Assembly (NCBI GenBank): GCA_964035545.1
Contig: OZ037767.1
Coordinates: 15,132,998 to 15,196,997 of the forward strand
Origin: Bugula neritina
Lineage: Eukaryota; Animalia; Bryozoa
Direction: 5' to 3'
Length of the DNA: 64,000 nt
Shown: in pieces, positions 27,449-40,475 of the stretch
How the letters are laid out: every line of letters starts with the position of its first letter
How positions within the stretch are numbered: position 1 is the first letter of the stretch
Program-made: the position numbers and the translations under genes
The notes under the pieces: generated by a model
The model's database searches: none
What the model was told of the DNA's origin: nothing
The model's input: only the letters and a program-made list of their open reading frames with translations

Positions 27449-27884
27449 TACTATATATACAGATTCTGTATTTATTACAGACTGTAGATTGCTACATTAT
27501 ATTTGTGTATCAACAATTCAATAAAATAAAAATCAAAGATATTGCTTATTTGTAGCTTATTTGGAAATTTATTATAAAATATTTGTAGGTTGTGTAATTA
27601 CTGATTTATAAATAATATTTATAACAGATGGTTTTATTATAATTTTTAGGTGACATTGTTTTAAAGAACATAATATGTATTAATTCAATCAAATTTATTT
27701 GACCCACAAGAAAATGCAGCACAATTATTTGTAAATTAAAAACTTCTTATTAAATAAAGATTGAGTAATAACCAAATCAGTATATTTTAACTATTGATAT
27801 ACTTATATAAGAGAGTAAGTTAAACAGAAACGTTCATCTTTGCACAGATACTTGCAAGAATATCTATAGTGTATATAGAACTTT

Positions 27885-28016
27885 ATAGATATAGAAAAGT
27901 TATAGATATAGAAAAGTTATAGATATAAAATAGTTATAGATATAAAATAGTTATATAGATATAGAATAGTTATAGATATAGAACAGTTTTAGATATAGAA
28001 TAGTTTTAGATATAGA
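27885..28016. repeat. ~17-bp minisatellite (atagatatagaatagtt)
   Basis: Tandem units, expanded to ~50990-51348 in the duplicate block. Confidence 0.85.
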
Positions 28017-29903
28017 AATGCTGCAGTCAATAAATTAAGCAGATCTACAAACACATTATTCTATATAAACAATCCTTCACCATATTATTGATATTAAAAC
28101 GATCCAACATGCAATTAATATTGCAAATATTTATTTTTTTTAAATGCATTAATACTAATATTGTTTACATAAGTGCATTTGTTGAAAATAATGGTAATAG
28201 TTATAGAAAACAATTTAACGTTTTTTACTCGGTTATGTAATACTTCGTTTATCTGTTTTTTTTTCTACCAAATATATAAAATAATATTTTAATAAACACA
28301 GAATCATTCACCGTTTTTACACATTTTGCTTTTTTATAATTTAAAGTTTTTTCCACGCTTTTTAAATCTGCAATCTTCAAGTGTTTTCCTACAAAAAAAT
28401 TTCTAAATTCATCAACTTAATAATAATCACTGTCTATTCTTTTTAAAATACACGATGTTTATCTTAATTATTTTTAAAAAACTTAAGTAAAAAGTTAATT
28501 ATTAAAAATTGAGAAGACATCGCCAAATCCAAGATATACATCAATTTAATATTGCATTTAAGTTCATAAAACAAACATAAGCCATTACAATATTACATCT
28601 AAATTTATGAAATATATTATTTTCTGTTTTTGATAATAGACTTTTTTGTTTCAATACAAACCATTTTTAACAAAAATGCTTTTGGTTATTTTGAGAATTG
28701 GTTAAAGTTTTAAAAGTGGTCAAATTCCTGCAGCTGCAAGGTTTCAGTAAAATCACTTTTATTGCCTATAGCTAATGGGCTTTGAAAATATGTTTGTAAA
28801 AAAATTAATAATGTGAATATCTATTATAGAAGCTAGAGTAAGACTTATATAGTGCCTTGTAATTAAGTATCATTTTACAGGCATCCTCAGCACTGACATA
28901 TAACTCACAACAAAAAAGATATTCTTTCGTGTTTGAATATTGGAGCTAAAAATTATTGATTAATTTTTAATTTATAATATAAACAAAACATGGAGGTTTA
29001 CTATATACATTTAAGAACTTTAAGCTACAAAGTAACACTAAGCGAAAATGCAACAATTTCACACCAGCTATAGAGATCAAAATCTTGAAGACTAAAATTA
29101 TCCAATCTTGTCAAGATACTAAAATCAGGTATATATACCTACATTTAGCTTTCTATGTTTCACCTTTTACATACAGTTTATAGGCTTTATGATTTATAAA
29201 TTTTATTTTATATTCCACATTTTACACTCTATATTTTATATTCTGATTTTTTATATTGCATATTTAGTATTTTACGCTCTACGTTTCACCTTCCAGGTGT
29301 GACATTCTACATTTTAAGTTTTACATTTTGTATTCTAAATACTGTATCATATTAGAAGTAATGTTTTATATATTTTAGTGAAGCGATCGTAATATCACAG
29401 CCTTGCACTTAGAGTATAAATTTAATAGGAATACAAGATGTTATAAAATTAGTTGGGTGATAAAGTTTGAAAATGTACAATAGCCTAAAGTTATTGATTA
29501 TATTAGAAATAATGAGCCATGAGTTTATTTTACAAGTTGCTTTTATTATGTTTTCCTCTGTACATTATTAAAACGAGACCCTGAAATTATTAATTTAAAG
29601 TTTTTTAGGAGTTTATTCAAACTTGATATAGTTTTATAAAACAGGTTTAATAGTTATTATGTTTAATTAACTTGGGAACCAAAAAAACTTTTATTTAATA
29701 ATAAATTTCAAAATGTTGAGATATTATCCTTTACTAAAATGCCTTCACTCATGTATGAGATAAAGTATAACATGTCACAAATTGTTAGTTGGTAGGTGAC
29801 GAATGAAATACCAATGCTGTTATATATATACAGTGTATTAAACAAACTGCTTTTATTAACAAAATATACTAATACTTTTATATATATAGTATAATGGTTT
29901 TAT

Positions 29904-30325
29904 CCCAGATAGACCCTATTTTTATTTCAGTTTCATGTAATTATATAATATTATATAGCTATATATAGCTATATATAGCTATATAACTGTTTTATTAATT
30001 GCTAAATAGCTAAAATGCCAATCACTATATTAGCTAACATGAATTATTTTGAATATCATTCTAATTTTCACAAATTTGTGAGAGACAAAAAACAGTGTAA
30101 TACAATAATAATAGACATTACATTTAATTAATGACTACCCATTAAAAAATATCTGTTCAAACAAGAAGTAAAATATATTCAAAATTATTGTTTATGCAAA
30201 TCAAAAAAATTATTAATGTGCTAAATATGTGCTTTATTTAAAAATATATATTTTTTAATAATATTAAAATGAATTGCACATAAAATATATATTGTACCAA
30301 AATAAATTAGTAGCGTCTAACTGGG
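29904..30325. mobile_element. CCCAG-ended MITE upstream of gene C
   Basis: CCCAGATAG...CTAACTGGG termini. Shares internal blocks (gtttatgca, aattgcac.taaaa, tagc.tctaactggg) with 23434-23790. Confidence 0.6.
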
Positions 30326-30389
30326 CAGTGTATATCTAGGATAACACAAGAACAAACTGTTTTTATTAACTGCAGCAGCTGTCTAGAAG

Positions 30390-31384
30390 ATGCATCAATA
30401 TCTGATGTTTATTATAGCACTGGTTCCTATAGTTTATGGTTCAGTGTACACCCGAACCAGAGCTCTACCATTGAGGTATGATTCCAATGACATGACAGTC
30501 GACCTTTGTATTGGCTACTGCATTTACAGAGGTAAGTATTTCATTCACTTACTATAAGTTGATTTTTTACAATATAGTGAAAATGCAACCTATAAAGCAA
30601 AGCTATTAAATTAGCCATCATTTTAAGAGTAACTCACAATATCTTGGAACTTCAAAGGAATTGCAATTATCCTGAAATAAGATTGCTACATACTTATACG
30701 TAAAATAATTGTGCTTAACTGCTTTAAAGTTTAGACATTTTACCTGAGCTACAAGTATTTAAATAGGGCCATGCAGTTGGTATCTATAGCATAGTAAGTC
30801 GCAGTGGTCTAGGGGTCAGAGCGTTTGCCTACAAGTAAGCACAAAGTAATGAGTTTGAGCCCCATTATAAGCCAGTATAGTGATGTTAGGAAGAACATCC
30901 AGTCATAATTGCTCCTGTGCCTCATATGAATAAGTCTTAAGCCAGCTTTAACAAAAACCCCTTCTATCAGAGATCTTCTCATAGGTATGGTGACTATAAA
31001 CTTGTGTGAGTTGGTATATATTAGCATGTGTGCACATAATAATATATCCAAAAAAACTTGCATGTCGCAATATATATTGAATATCTATATAACTTTGAAA
31101 TCTTTAGCTACAGTCAAAGCCTGAAAACATTCTATTTCACAAAGAAATATTCTAAATATCAGAGAGTTAGTGAGAGTCAGTGTAGTCAGTCTATTATACA
31201 AAAGTTACAGGTGAATGGAGCTGAATCTTGTGCTTATATCTGCTTTAAATATGGCGACCTTTGTGTTTACTTTTCATTTAATAGTGTAGACAACCTCTGT
31301 TATATTCATAATGAGGTCAGCAATACTAGTTTCATTACTACTCCAGGTTTCTACTGTTACACATCTTTAAATTATATACTTTAA
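30390..31384 (+). pseudogene. Gene C: WSC-PAN paralog inactivated by deletions
   Basis: Exon 1 (30390-30531) lacks 18 nt encoding the MGCYKD WSC motif that is present in C'. Intron 1 is fused at ~31110 to the tail of the last exon (YSQSLKTFYF..SCAYICFKYGDLCVYFSF..CYIH..CY). The AG sites at the junction are phase 2, incompatible with the phase-1 donor. Confidence 0.8.
30798..31002 (+). mobile_element. tRNA-derived SINE, same family as 7819
   Basis: gcagtggtctagggg..gagtttgagccc..ctcctgtg..atgaataagtc..gtgactataaact. Confidence 0.75.
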
Positions 31385-32874
31385 ATGTTTAATAAACAAT
31401 TTGTTTGTTCTTTTAACAACGATATTACATCCCAATTTTAATTTAGTAAGTTATCACACAAATAATAACTTATTGAATAGGTTTTCTGACAAAGAACATA
31501 ATATCTTTTTGATGCTGGTAACATTTACAATTATATTTATGTTTACAGTCTAATATCTATGTTTCGTACAATATTTTAGTTATGTTGACATTTATGCTAT
31601 AGCTGTTGTGAATTCAATAAACACTAATCTCGGTTCTATAATGTGTTTTATCTCAATATATAACTAGATATACCATTTTAATAAAAAAAAGCCATAATCA
31701 AAAAAGGAGAACAATGATCAGTTAAGGTAATTGAAAGGGCACAACAGAAACCTATATTATATGAAATGGGCAAAAGAGGACAACTCTAGATATTCATAAT
31801 ATCCCAGTGATAATTTCACTTATTGACTGCAAATGCATATTATTTGTCTGATTAGCCAATTAAAAATCAGTGACTATGTTTTCAACAGCCATGCTTGTGT
31901 TTTACTAAATCAGCCAATCAAATAATTGCTAAGGTAGCATTCAATTCTCTTAACTAACTTATTATATTATTTCGTCAGATTAAAATTTTAAAGAAGCATC
32001 CAATATGTTATAAAGGATAATCAGAAGTGGTTCTTGTAACATGTGACAGCATAAACTGTGATTGGTATTGCTGACTGTATTATTACTAAGTGAAAAACAT
32101 TGAGGCACCAAAATAGCAGTGAGCTTTTTTACACTCAGCTTTATTTGATATCTGTATAGCTTTAACACATTCTATAATATATAATATATATTTAGATGCT
32201 GAGTAGTGAATTTATCACTGGAACCCATGCATGCAAGATAACAAACAATATGTATGAGGCAAAATTTAAAAATATGATGAAGTAATTTAGCGAAGCAGTA
32301 ACAGAATTAGTATAATATAATAATTGAGATATATAGTAAGAATTATTGTTATTGTGGGCTATAATAAACTATTTTAGAATTAAACTAATGCATGTTATAT
32401 ATTCATAAATCAATCAAGCTCTATAACATATAACAGCCTAATTGTTATACACATAATATTTCTATTCATTATAAAATGCAAGGTGCTTTCTTTAATATAG
32501 TAATTTGATAGCAAAAACGAACACTATATAATAATGATATGCTGTATCAACTGTTATAAAATGATAATAACAAACTAATAATATATAATATAAAGTAATA
32601 TAAATGCATAATCAAACAAGTCAGGTAAAAACTAAACAATAATAAAGTCTAAAAAGTTTATCAAAATACAGCACAAAGCTATTACAAAGTACATTTCCTT
32701 CAGCTATCATGATAGTATACATGGTTGAATAAATAGAGAGACTTCAGGATATAAATCTATTATAAAAGTTATAGCTTTTATGATAATAGTTTTAAAGCTA
32801 ATAGTACATGCAGCTTATAGCCAATTAGAATGTCAACGTAGGTGAGGTAAAGACATTTACTGTTGAAGAATTAT

Positions 32875-35800
32875 TCACTTGTTTTTCTTCATCCCAAAAA
32901 TGGTAAGCTTTCCATCATTTGCTGCTTTTACCACTTTTGACAAATCAGTAGCTTCCTCACATAATTTGCCAAGCGCAGACAAGCCTCCTTTCTTTGCACT
33001 GTCCATCCATTGTCCAATTATCTGAAATTTATATTATGGGGGAAATGTCAATGAAAATGCATATATAATACCAATGTCTATATATTATTATAAAACAAAT
33101 ATAGGAGTGTATAATACTATAATCCCATGTTTTGAGGCTTCAATAAAACATAAAATGTTTAGGCAACTGGTACTCAAAGCTTTTTATGCTACAGTCATCA
33201 AAAGATTGGCAAAAGAAACAATTTTCTTCTGCGTTTTCCTATATTTTGTATTATATGTTTTATAAACATGTAATACCTGATACACTTTAATTACAATACA
33301 TAAGATGTTTATATGTAAATACAACTCCAGTTTGTCACATGACAAAAAAGTATGAGCTCGTTTGAAATAAACAGTGTATAATTGTGCTATATAGCTCATG
33401 TTTGTAGTATCACAGTTTTATAATATCTTTCAATACACTAACTTGTTTATACAAGATTCCTGTGTTATTATAACAGCACAGCTTTTCATGTTTTGTTTAT
33501 ATACTACTTCAAAAAACTCAAAATGAAAGAGTGCTTAAACAAAATGCTATAGCAGGTGTGAATGCAATCAATGCTTAAACAAAAGTGTTGATTTTGCTTT
33601 TATTATATAACTAGGATATAATATAAGTTAAAAGTCTACCTCATCTAACTTATCTTTATCCAGTACATTCAGGTAGTAGATGTATCTGAATCTGTCAATA
33701 GTTTTACGACATTTCCCTGTTGGTTTAAGAGCATCATTAATAGACTTGGCTCTCTTACTTGTCAGTTGATTATGTACGTATTCCATCAACTGTATAGCCT
33801 GTTCAGGTGTTTGTACTGCAAGGAACACAGGGTAAAATATTTACATATTAAGCTATGAGAAGATATGAGTATTAGTATTATATTTCTGCTATAGGGGATA
33901 GTACTAAGTGTAATATAACAGCTGGTCATATATATCAAACTCTATAGTTGCCTCTTCATCTTATATATAGTAAGGGTTGTCTCATTTTATTATATATAGT
34001 AAGAGTTGTCTCATCTTATTATATATAGTGAGAGTTGTCTTATCTTATTATATAAAGTAAGAGTTGTCTTATCTTATTATATAAAGTAAGAGTTGTCTTA
34101 CCTTATTATATATAGTAAGAGTTGTTTTATCCTATTATATAAAGTAAGAGTTGTCTTATCTTATTATATATAGTAAGAGTTGTCTTATCTTATTATATAC
34201 AGTAAGAGTTGTCTTATCTTATTATATACAGTAAGAGTTGTCATACCATATTGAAAACTTGTTGTAGCATTAGGAGCAGACAAATCTTGGCCAGCCTGCT
34301 TGTCACTGACTCTTTCTACAAAATACACAAAAATCATGCATGCTATCATAATGGCTAGCCTCAACGTATATAGGAAACTTAATAAAAACATGTTAAATTA
34401 AAATGTAAATAGAATGTTACATTTTTATTCATGATTACTATAATTCATTTCAACAAACCTGTAACCAGTGTTTCTTGGTTCTCAACAAATATTGAGAATG
34501 GGACATCCACTAATCCAAGTCTGAGACAGTCGGAGTACCTCGATTTATCTGAAAAAAATACAAGTTGATCAACAAATAAAACCTAAAATATCCAAATAAC
34601 TCACTTTTACCTGCTAGGCAAAGATTACAATAAAACAAGTATACATTACCTTCATCTAGAATGCGAGTCACACCGTCCTTTCCAATAAAACGTTTGAAAT
34701 CTTCAATAGTCATGTGATCTTCAAATGGATAAACTATATTCTCTTCTTGAATTTTTACGGTTACTTTACAGTTTTTCACTTTACCTGCATGAAAAACCCG
34801 TCACATGATCATAAAGCTAACTTTAATCCTAGCGTAGTTACACATCAACAATGTAACAAATAGGTATGTTTAGAGGCAAATATGCAATTAACTTACTCTT
34901 GAATGGCCCATCTGATCTGGTAGGAAGTGAAACTGCTTGGTGTACCGATACAGTAGCAGGTATATCTTGATGTGGTGCTGCAACCGCTGTATCTATCAGA
35001 TAAGGAACCTCAGTTGGCTGCGCCATGTTCTCCATTGTGTTTTCTGCTGGCACATGTTCATGTGGTGCTGCAACACTTGGAAAAGCTTGGTGTGGTGCCA
35101 CAGTGTTTAACTGACTTAGTTGTGATGATCGTGTATCTGACGTTAAATCATGTGAGAGAGTAGTCGACTGAGTTGGTACTTCAACTGTAAAGATAATACA
35201 AATAAAATTCTAGCTATTATAAATGTTGAGGACATTGATTCACAAAAATAATTTATTTAGTAAAAAAGCTTAATATATGGCAGTCAATTATCATTTGTTT
35301 AACAACTCAGTAATTATTTTATAATTTTTGACATTTGGGACGAATAAATTTTTATAGTAAACTGCAAGAATCAGCAAAGACTACCAGACTACCAACTTAT
35401 ATAACTTACATGCAGTCCTTCGATGTTTATTTGAGGGTAAAACTGTCATAGCTGTTTCTGCAGGTCTTTTGTTCTGTGAAACTTTGTTTGTTTGCTTTTT
35501 CAAGTCAAAAACTTGAATAAACGAATTGCTTTCTTGTGCGAAATCAATAGCAGGACAATTTGCACTACTTTTCAATTTCAAATCGGATTTGTGTTCATTT
35601 GCTATTTCCCTGCTTCTAAAACTTCCTTTCTGCATTGGTACTTCTGGTGGCGCATTGTTAGGAAAGTTGGAGATTGAAGGTGGTGGCTGTTTGAACTGAG
35701 TGTCTGCTTCTCTGTGGATGTTGCTGTCACCATTTAAATGCGAAGGGTTTGTAGAAGGCATGTTGAAAGATGGAGGGTTGAAGAGAGACCAGTCCTTTGA

Positions 35801-38800
35801 ATGGTTGAAAGATGGGGCATTCAATTGAAGAGGCTGAGATGGTAAGTTGGTTGTGAAATTCTCTGATCTAGGAATCCACTGTGGTTTTGATGGTGTGGGT
35901 AGATACGGCATAGAAAAAGAACCATCAGTATTGTTTGGTGGCTGAGCATGCATGTGTTGTGAAGACAGTTGAAACCAAGGTGGCTGAAGATGGATCAACT
36001 GTGGCGCCGTTTGTAGATAAGATGGTTGTCTTAGGTGTGGTGGTTGCAGCCAGTGCTGTGGAGATGTTGGTTGATGTGGCAAGCCTGGTGATGACTGTGG
36101 AAACTCATCAATCTGCAAAGGATGGTGACGTGTCTGCTCTTTCCAGAAATCTGCGTTTAAAAAAATGGTAAACATGTATAATAATAAATATGTGAACGGA
36201 CCATATTGGGCTTTCAAATTTATAGATTATTGTTATAGGCACTTAAATAGAATGAGTACAAAAATTAATTACAGTAAAATGTTACATACGAATAATTGTT
36301 TCAGTTTGTGAGATAAATAATTGTTATATAATTTATTTTTTAAAATTTGTCAAATTAGCAGTTTCTTTGTAGGGGTGATGGGGGGGGGGGGGGGCACAAC
36401 GGTCATAGGGTACAAAAAGCCAGTCAAATTGTGAGAAAACTTATTGACTAGAGTTGTGAGTTTTTTTAATAAAAAGGTATTGACATAATGACCGGAACCG
36501 AGAAGTTGTGAAAGAGATAAAAACAATCAACTGATTTTACTTATAATAGTCCACTGGTGTAGCATTTAGACTAGAGATTATTGAACTAGTTACTCAAAAA
36601 ACAGACGAATGAGAGCGAAAAACTTAACAAGCGGCCGTTGTGTCCCCCTCCTGTAACCCCTATTTATTATGGAATATTAATTTCACTCTTTTGCATTATG
36701 CATCATATTTCTAAATTTCAGAAACGCATCCGTATTTGTTTTAATAATAGCCAAATTGCACTCTTTTATTGACCTGTTCTGTTTAACTTAAAAATGATCA
36801 ATCTATTGTTACCTGTGACAAAGCATAACGAAAAAATTCCTGTCTTTATCCAATTTTGCTTTTTAGTCATTGGAAACATTTATTTAGCATGCTACTTAAA
36901 TCATAGATGGGGAATATAAAAGCAGCTATCTGTTGAAACTTTATAATTTACTTATCATTTTTGCATGAGATTTCTTTGTACTGCTAACATAACACAGTTA
37001 TATTATTTTAAGGTTAGTTGACCTTAATTAAAATAGCCTTTTTAAAAGTAAGTAATTCTACCTGGAACTTGACTCGTTGCATCAGCTCTTTGTTCTGTAG
37101 AAGCAATTCTCTGGAGTCCAAATATTTCATTATTTACGCCAACATCTATAGGTATTCTTTCTGCATGGTTTGATATACTGAAAAGTTTTAGCTGCTGCTC
37201 TGCTGTCAGCTGACTCATCAAAAGAGTGAGAATCTCTGTTTGGTTAGTCTTACCTGCTTCCTGTATCACTGTATTACCATCTCTATTCTGTATCATGAGT
37301 AGCTCTACCTTCTGTTCTACTGATACACCATCTAGTAGACATTTGATGGTGTCAGTATGTCCTCTCCATGCTGCACAGTGTATAGCTGTCTCTTTAAGGA
37401 AACTCTGAGTCTGTATCCTGAGTAGCTCTACCTTCTGTTCTACTGATATACCATCTAGTAGACATTTGATGATGTCAGTATGACCTCCCAATGCTGCACT
37501 GTGTATAGCTGTCTCATCTTCACTGTCCTGTCTCTTGAGTAGCTCTACCTTCTGTTCTACTGATACACCATCTAGTAGACATTTGATGATGTCAGTATGA
37601 CCTCTCAATGCTGCACTGTGTATAGCATAAGACTCAGTTGTCTTGAGTAGCTCTACCTTCTGTTCTACTGATACACCATCTAGTAGACATTTGATGATGT
37701 CAGTACGTCCTTCGCATGCTGCACTGTGTATAGCTGTCTCTTTAAGGAAACTCTGAGTCTGTATCTTGAGTAACTCTACTTTCTGTTCCACTGATACACC
37801 ATCTAGTAGACATTTGATGATGTCAGTATGACCTCCCAATGCTGCACTGTGTATAGCTGTCTCATCTTCACTGTCCTGTATCTTGAGTAGCTCTACCTTC
37901 TGTTCTACTGATACACCATCTAGTAGACATTTGATGATGTCAGTATGACCTCTCAATGCTGCACTGTGTATAGCATAAGACTCAGTTGTCTTGAGTAGCT
38001 CTACCTTCTGTTCTACTGATATACCATCTAGTAGACATTTGATGGTGTCAGTATGTCCTTCGCATGCTGCACTGTGTATAGCATAAGACTCAGTTGTCTT
38101 GAGTAGCTCTACCTTCTGTTCTACTGATACACCATCTAGTAGACATTTGATGATGTCAGTACGTCCTTCGCATGCTGCACTGTGTATAGCTGTCTCTTTA
38201 AGGAAACTCTGAGTCTGTATCTTGAGTAACTCTACTTTCTGTTCCACTGATACACCATCTAGTAGACATTTGATGATGTCAGTATGACCTCCCAATGCTG
38301 CACTGTGTATAGCTGTCTCATCTTCACTGTCCTGTATCTTGAGTAGCTCTACCTTCTGTTCTACTGATACACCATCTAGTAGACATTTGATGATGTCAGT
38401 ATGACCTCTCAATGCTGCACTGTGTATAGCATAAGACTCAGTTGTCTTGAGTAGCTCTACCTTCTGTTCTACTGATATACCATCTAGTAGACATTTGATG
38501 GTGTCAGTATGTCCTTCGCATGCTGCACTGTGTATAGCATAAGACTCAGTTGTCTTGAGTAGCTCTACCTTCTGTTCTACTGATACACCATCTAGTAGAC
38601 ATTTGATGATGTCAGTACGTCCTTCGCATGCTGCACTGTGTATAGCTGTCTCTTTAAGGAAACTCTGAGTCTGTATCTTGAGTAACTCTACTTTCTGTTC
38701 CACTGATACACCATCTAGTAGACATTTGATGATGTCAGTATGACCTCCCAATGCTGCACTGTGTATAGCTGTCTCATCTTCACTGTCCTGTATCTTGAGT

Positions 38801-39369
38801 AGCTCTACCTTCTGTTCTACTGATACACCATCTAGTAGACATTTGATGATGTCAGTATGACCTCTCAATGCTGCACTGTGTATAGCATAAGACTCAGTTG
38901 TCTTGAGTAGCTCTACCTTCTGTTCTACTGATACACCATCTAGTAGACATTTGATGGTGTCAGTATGTCCTTCGCATGCTGCATAGTGTATAGCATAAGA
39001 CTCAGTTGTCTTGAGTAGCTCTACCTTCTGTTCTACTGATACACCATCTAGTAGACATTTGATGGTGTCAGTATGTCCTTCGAATGCTGCACTGTGTATA
39101 GCTGTCTGACCCTCCCAGCCCTGTATCTTGAGTAGCCCTACCTTCTGTTCTACTGATACACCATCTAGTAGACATTTGATGATGTCAGCATGTCCTTCCT
39201 CAGCTGCACAGTGTATTACATCACACTCCTCACATAATAGTCTATATCTCTCTTCTAATGATATGAAAGGAAGGCACTTCTTCAGCTTAGTCAGAATATT
39301 TCCCTCATCATCTCTATATATAATACTAATGAGTAATTGAGTGAACTTTAGCACTTCATTCTGATTCAT
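32875..39369 (-). CDS. Ankyrin-repeat protein (~1317 aa): 17 ANK repeats, P/Q/S-rich linker, two small C-terminal globular domains
   Basis: Exons 39369-37062, 36150-35410, 35184-34897, 34784-34650, 34548-34459, 34315-34247, 33815-33640, 33021-32875 (TGA). All are GT-AG with consistent phases and an open frame. ANK motif TAIHSAAxxGHTDIIKCLL. Joining of exon 1 to the downstream exons is inferred from splice signals only. Confidence 0.8.
33955..34243. repeat. 29-bp intronic minisatellite (~10 copies)
   Basis: gtcttatcttattatat(a)aagtaagagtt units running up to the donor of exon 34315-34247. Confidence 0.9.
37270..39219 (-). repeat. Coding tandem array: 17 ankyrin units of 108/117/123 bp with a 456-bp higher-order repeat
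   Basis: Units of 36, 39 or 41 aa share a nearly invariant nucleotide core. The diagnostic CEGR unit recurs every 456 bp (~37709, 38165, 38621). Confidence 0.95.
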
Positions 39370-40110
39370 TTCAACTGACCTTTTAGTAAGAACTCTCCAT
39401 CTTTAGCAGCTCCTCAAATAGACTAATATGCTAGACCAGAAAACTCCACAATACACAATGTTTATCCTCAGACTATATGTAATACTATATTATAACTTAT
39501 TTTTTCATTTTAAGCTTTAAACTTTCACACGAGTATAACAGTAGTCGTTAACTTTCTGTAAATTACTAACCAGAATCTTCTCAATATGGGGTGCCTACTT
39601 GTGTAGCGCTTATCTATCAACTATAACTATAACTAGCCTGTACAATATGCAGTTCCGTAGTACAGGGAATTCACGACGAAATAGATGGGAAATTCCATTC
39701 ACTCCCATTACTCATTTTAAATCGGCCTGTCAACAAACAATTGCGTTAGGTAACGCGTCAAAGTGGAGAATACTCATAGAAACTATTATAATTATTGTTA
39801 GGATAACACAACTCATATTACTCAGCCTGTTGCATTCTGTAAATATTACGGCATGCTATACAAAATTATAACATGTATACATAAGCTGTTCATAATATTA
39901 TAATATTTGGAGTAATATAAACTTTTAACTTCTTATATATGAACTTTTGTACCATAAATGTAATTCTACATAAAATTAGGCTTAAGTGTTATAAAAATCC
40001 AATTGAAGTCAGTTATTGTCTTGACGCTAAATAAAAAGCAATAATTAATTGAAGACTTAGAATGTTTACAGCCTTATGTTATTTGTACTATTGTGATATT
40101 TATGTTTCCG

Positions 40111-40285
40111 ACTATTATATAATATATGGTGCGAATGTTAATCGGTAATTTAATTTTGCAAATGCAAGCAAACAAGCATGTGTAAGAGTAGTTTTCTCTC
40201 AAATCTACTCTTACACATGCTTGTTTGCTTGCATTTGCAAAATTAAATTACAGATTAACATTCGCATCATATATTATATAATAGT
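40111..40285. repeat. Near-perfect palindrome (81-bp arms, 13-nt spacer), MITE/foldback-like
   Basis: Arms 40111-40191 and 40205-40285 are reverse complements with 2 mismatches. Confidence 0.9.
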
Positions 40286-40475
40286 TTTGCGGTGGCTTAT
40301 AATATGTTAGCTTCATTCAAAATATCTGGCAAAAAGTTTATCATGAGCTAAATGATATGATCTCTAATGATCATCATAATTTTAACTCAATATATATTTA
40401 TAAAATAATTGCTTCCAATAAAAAATGAAAACTTCCATATGCATAAAACACTTGCATGACATAAAAGATGAAATG

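Noticed and set aside
37270-39219. CRISPR array or TALE repeats
   Set aside because: The repeats are in-frame ankyrin codons with recurring rather than unique variable parts. There are no cas genes and no TALE consensus.
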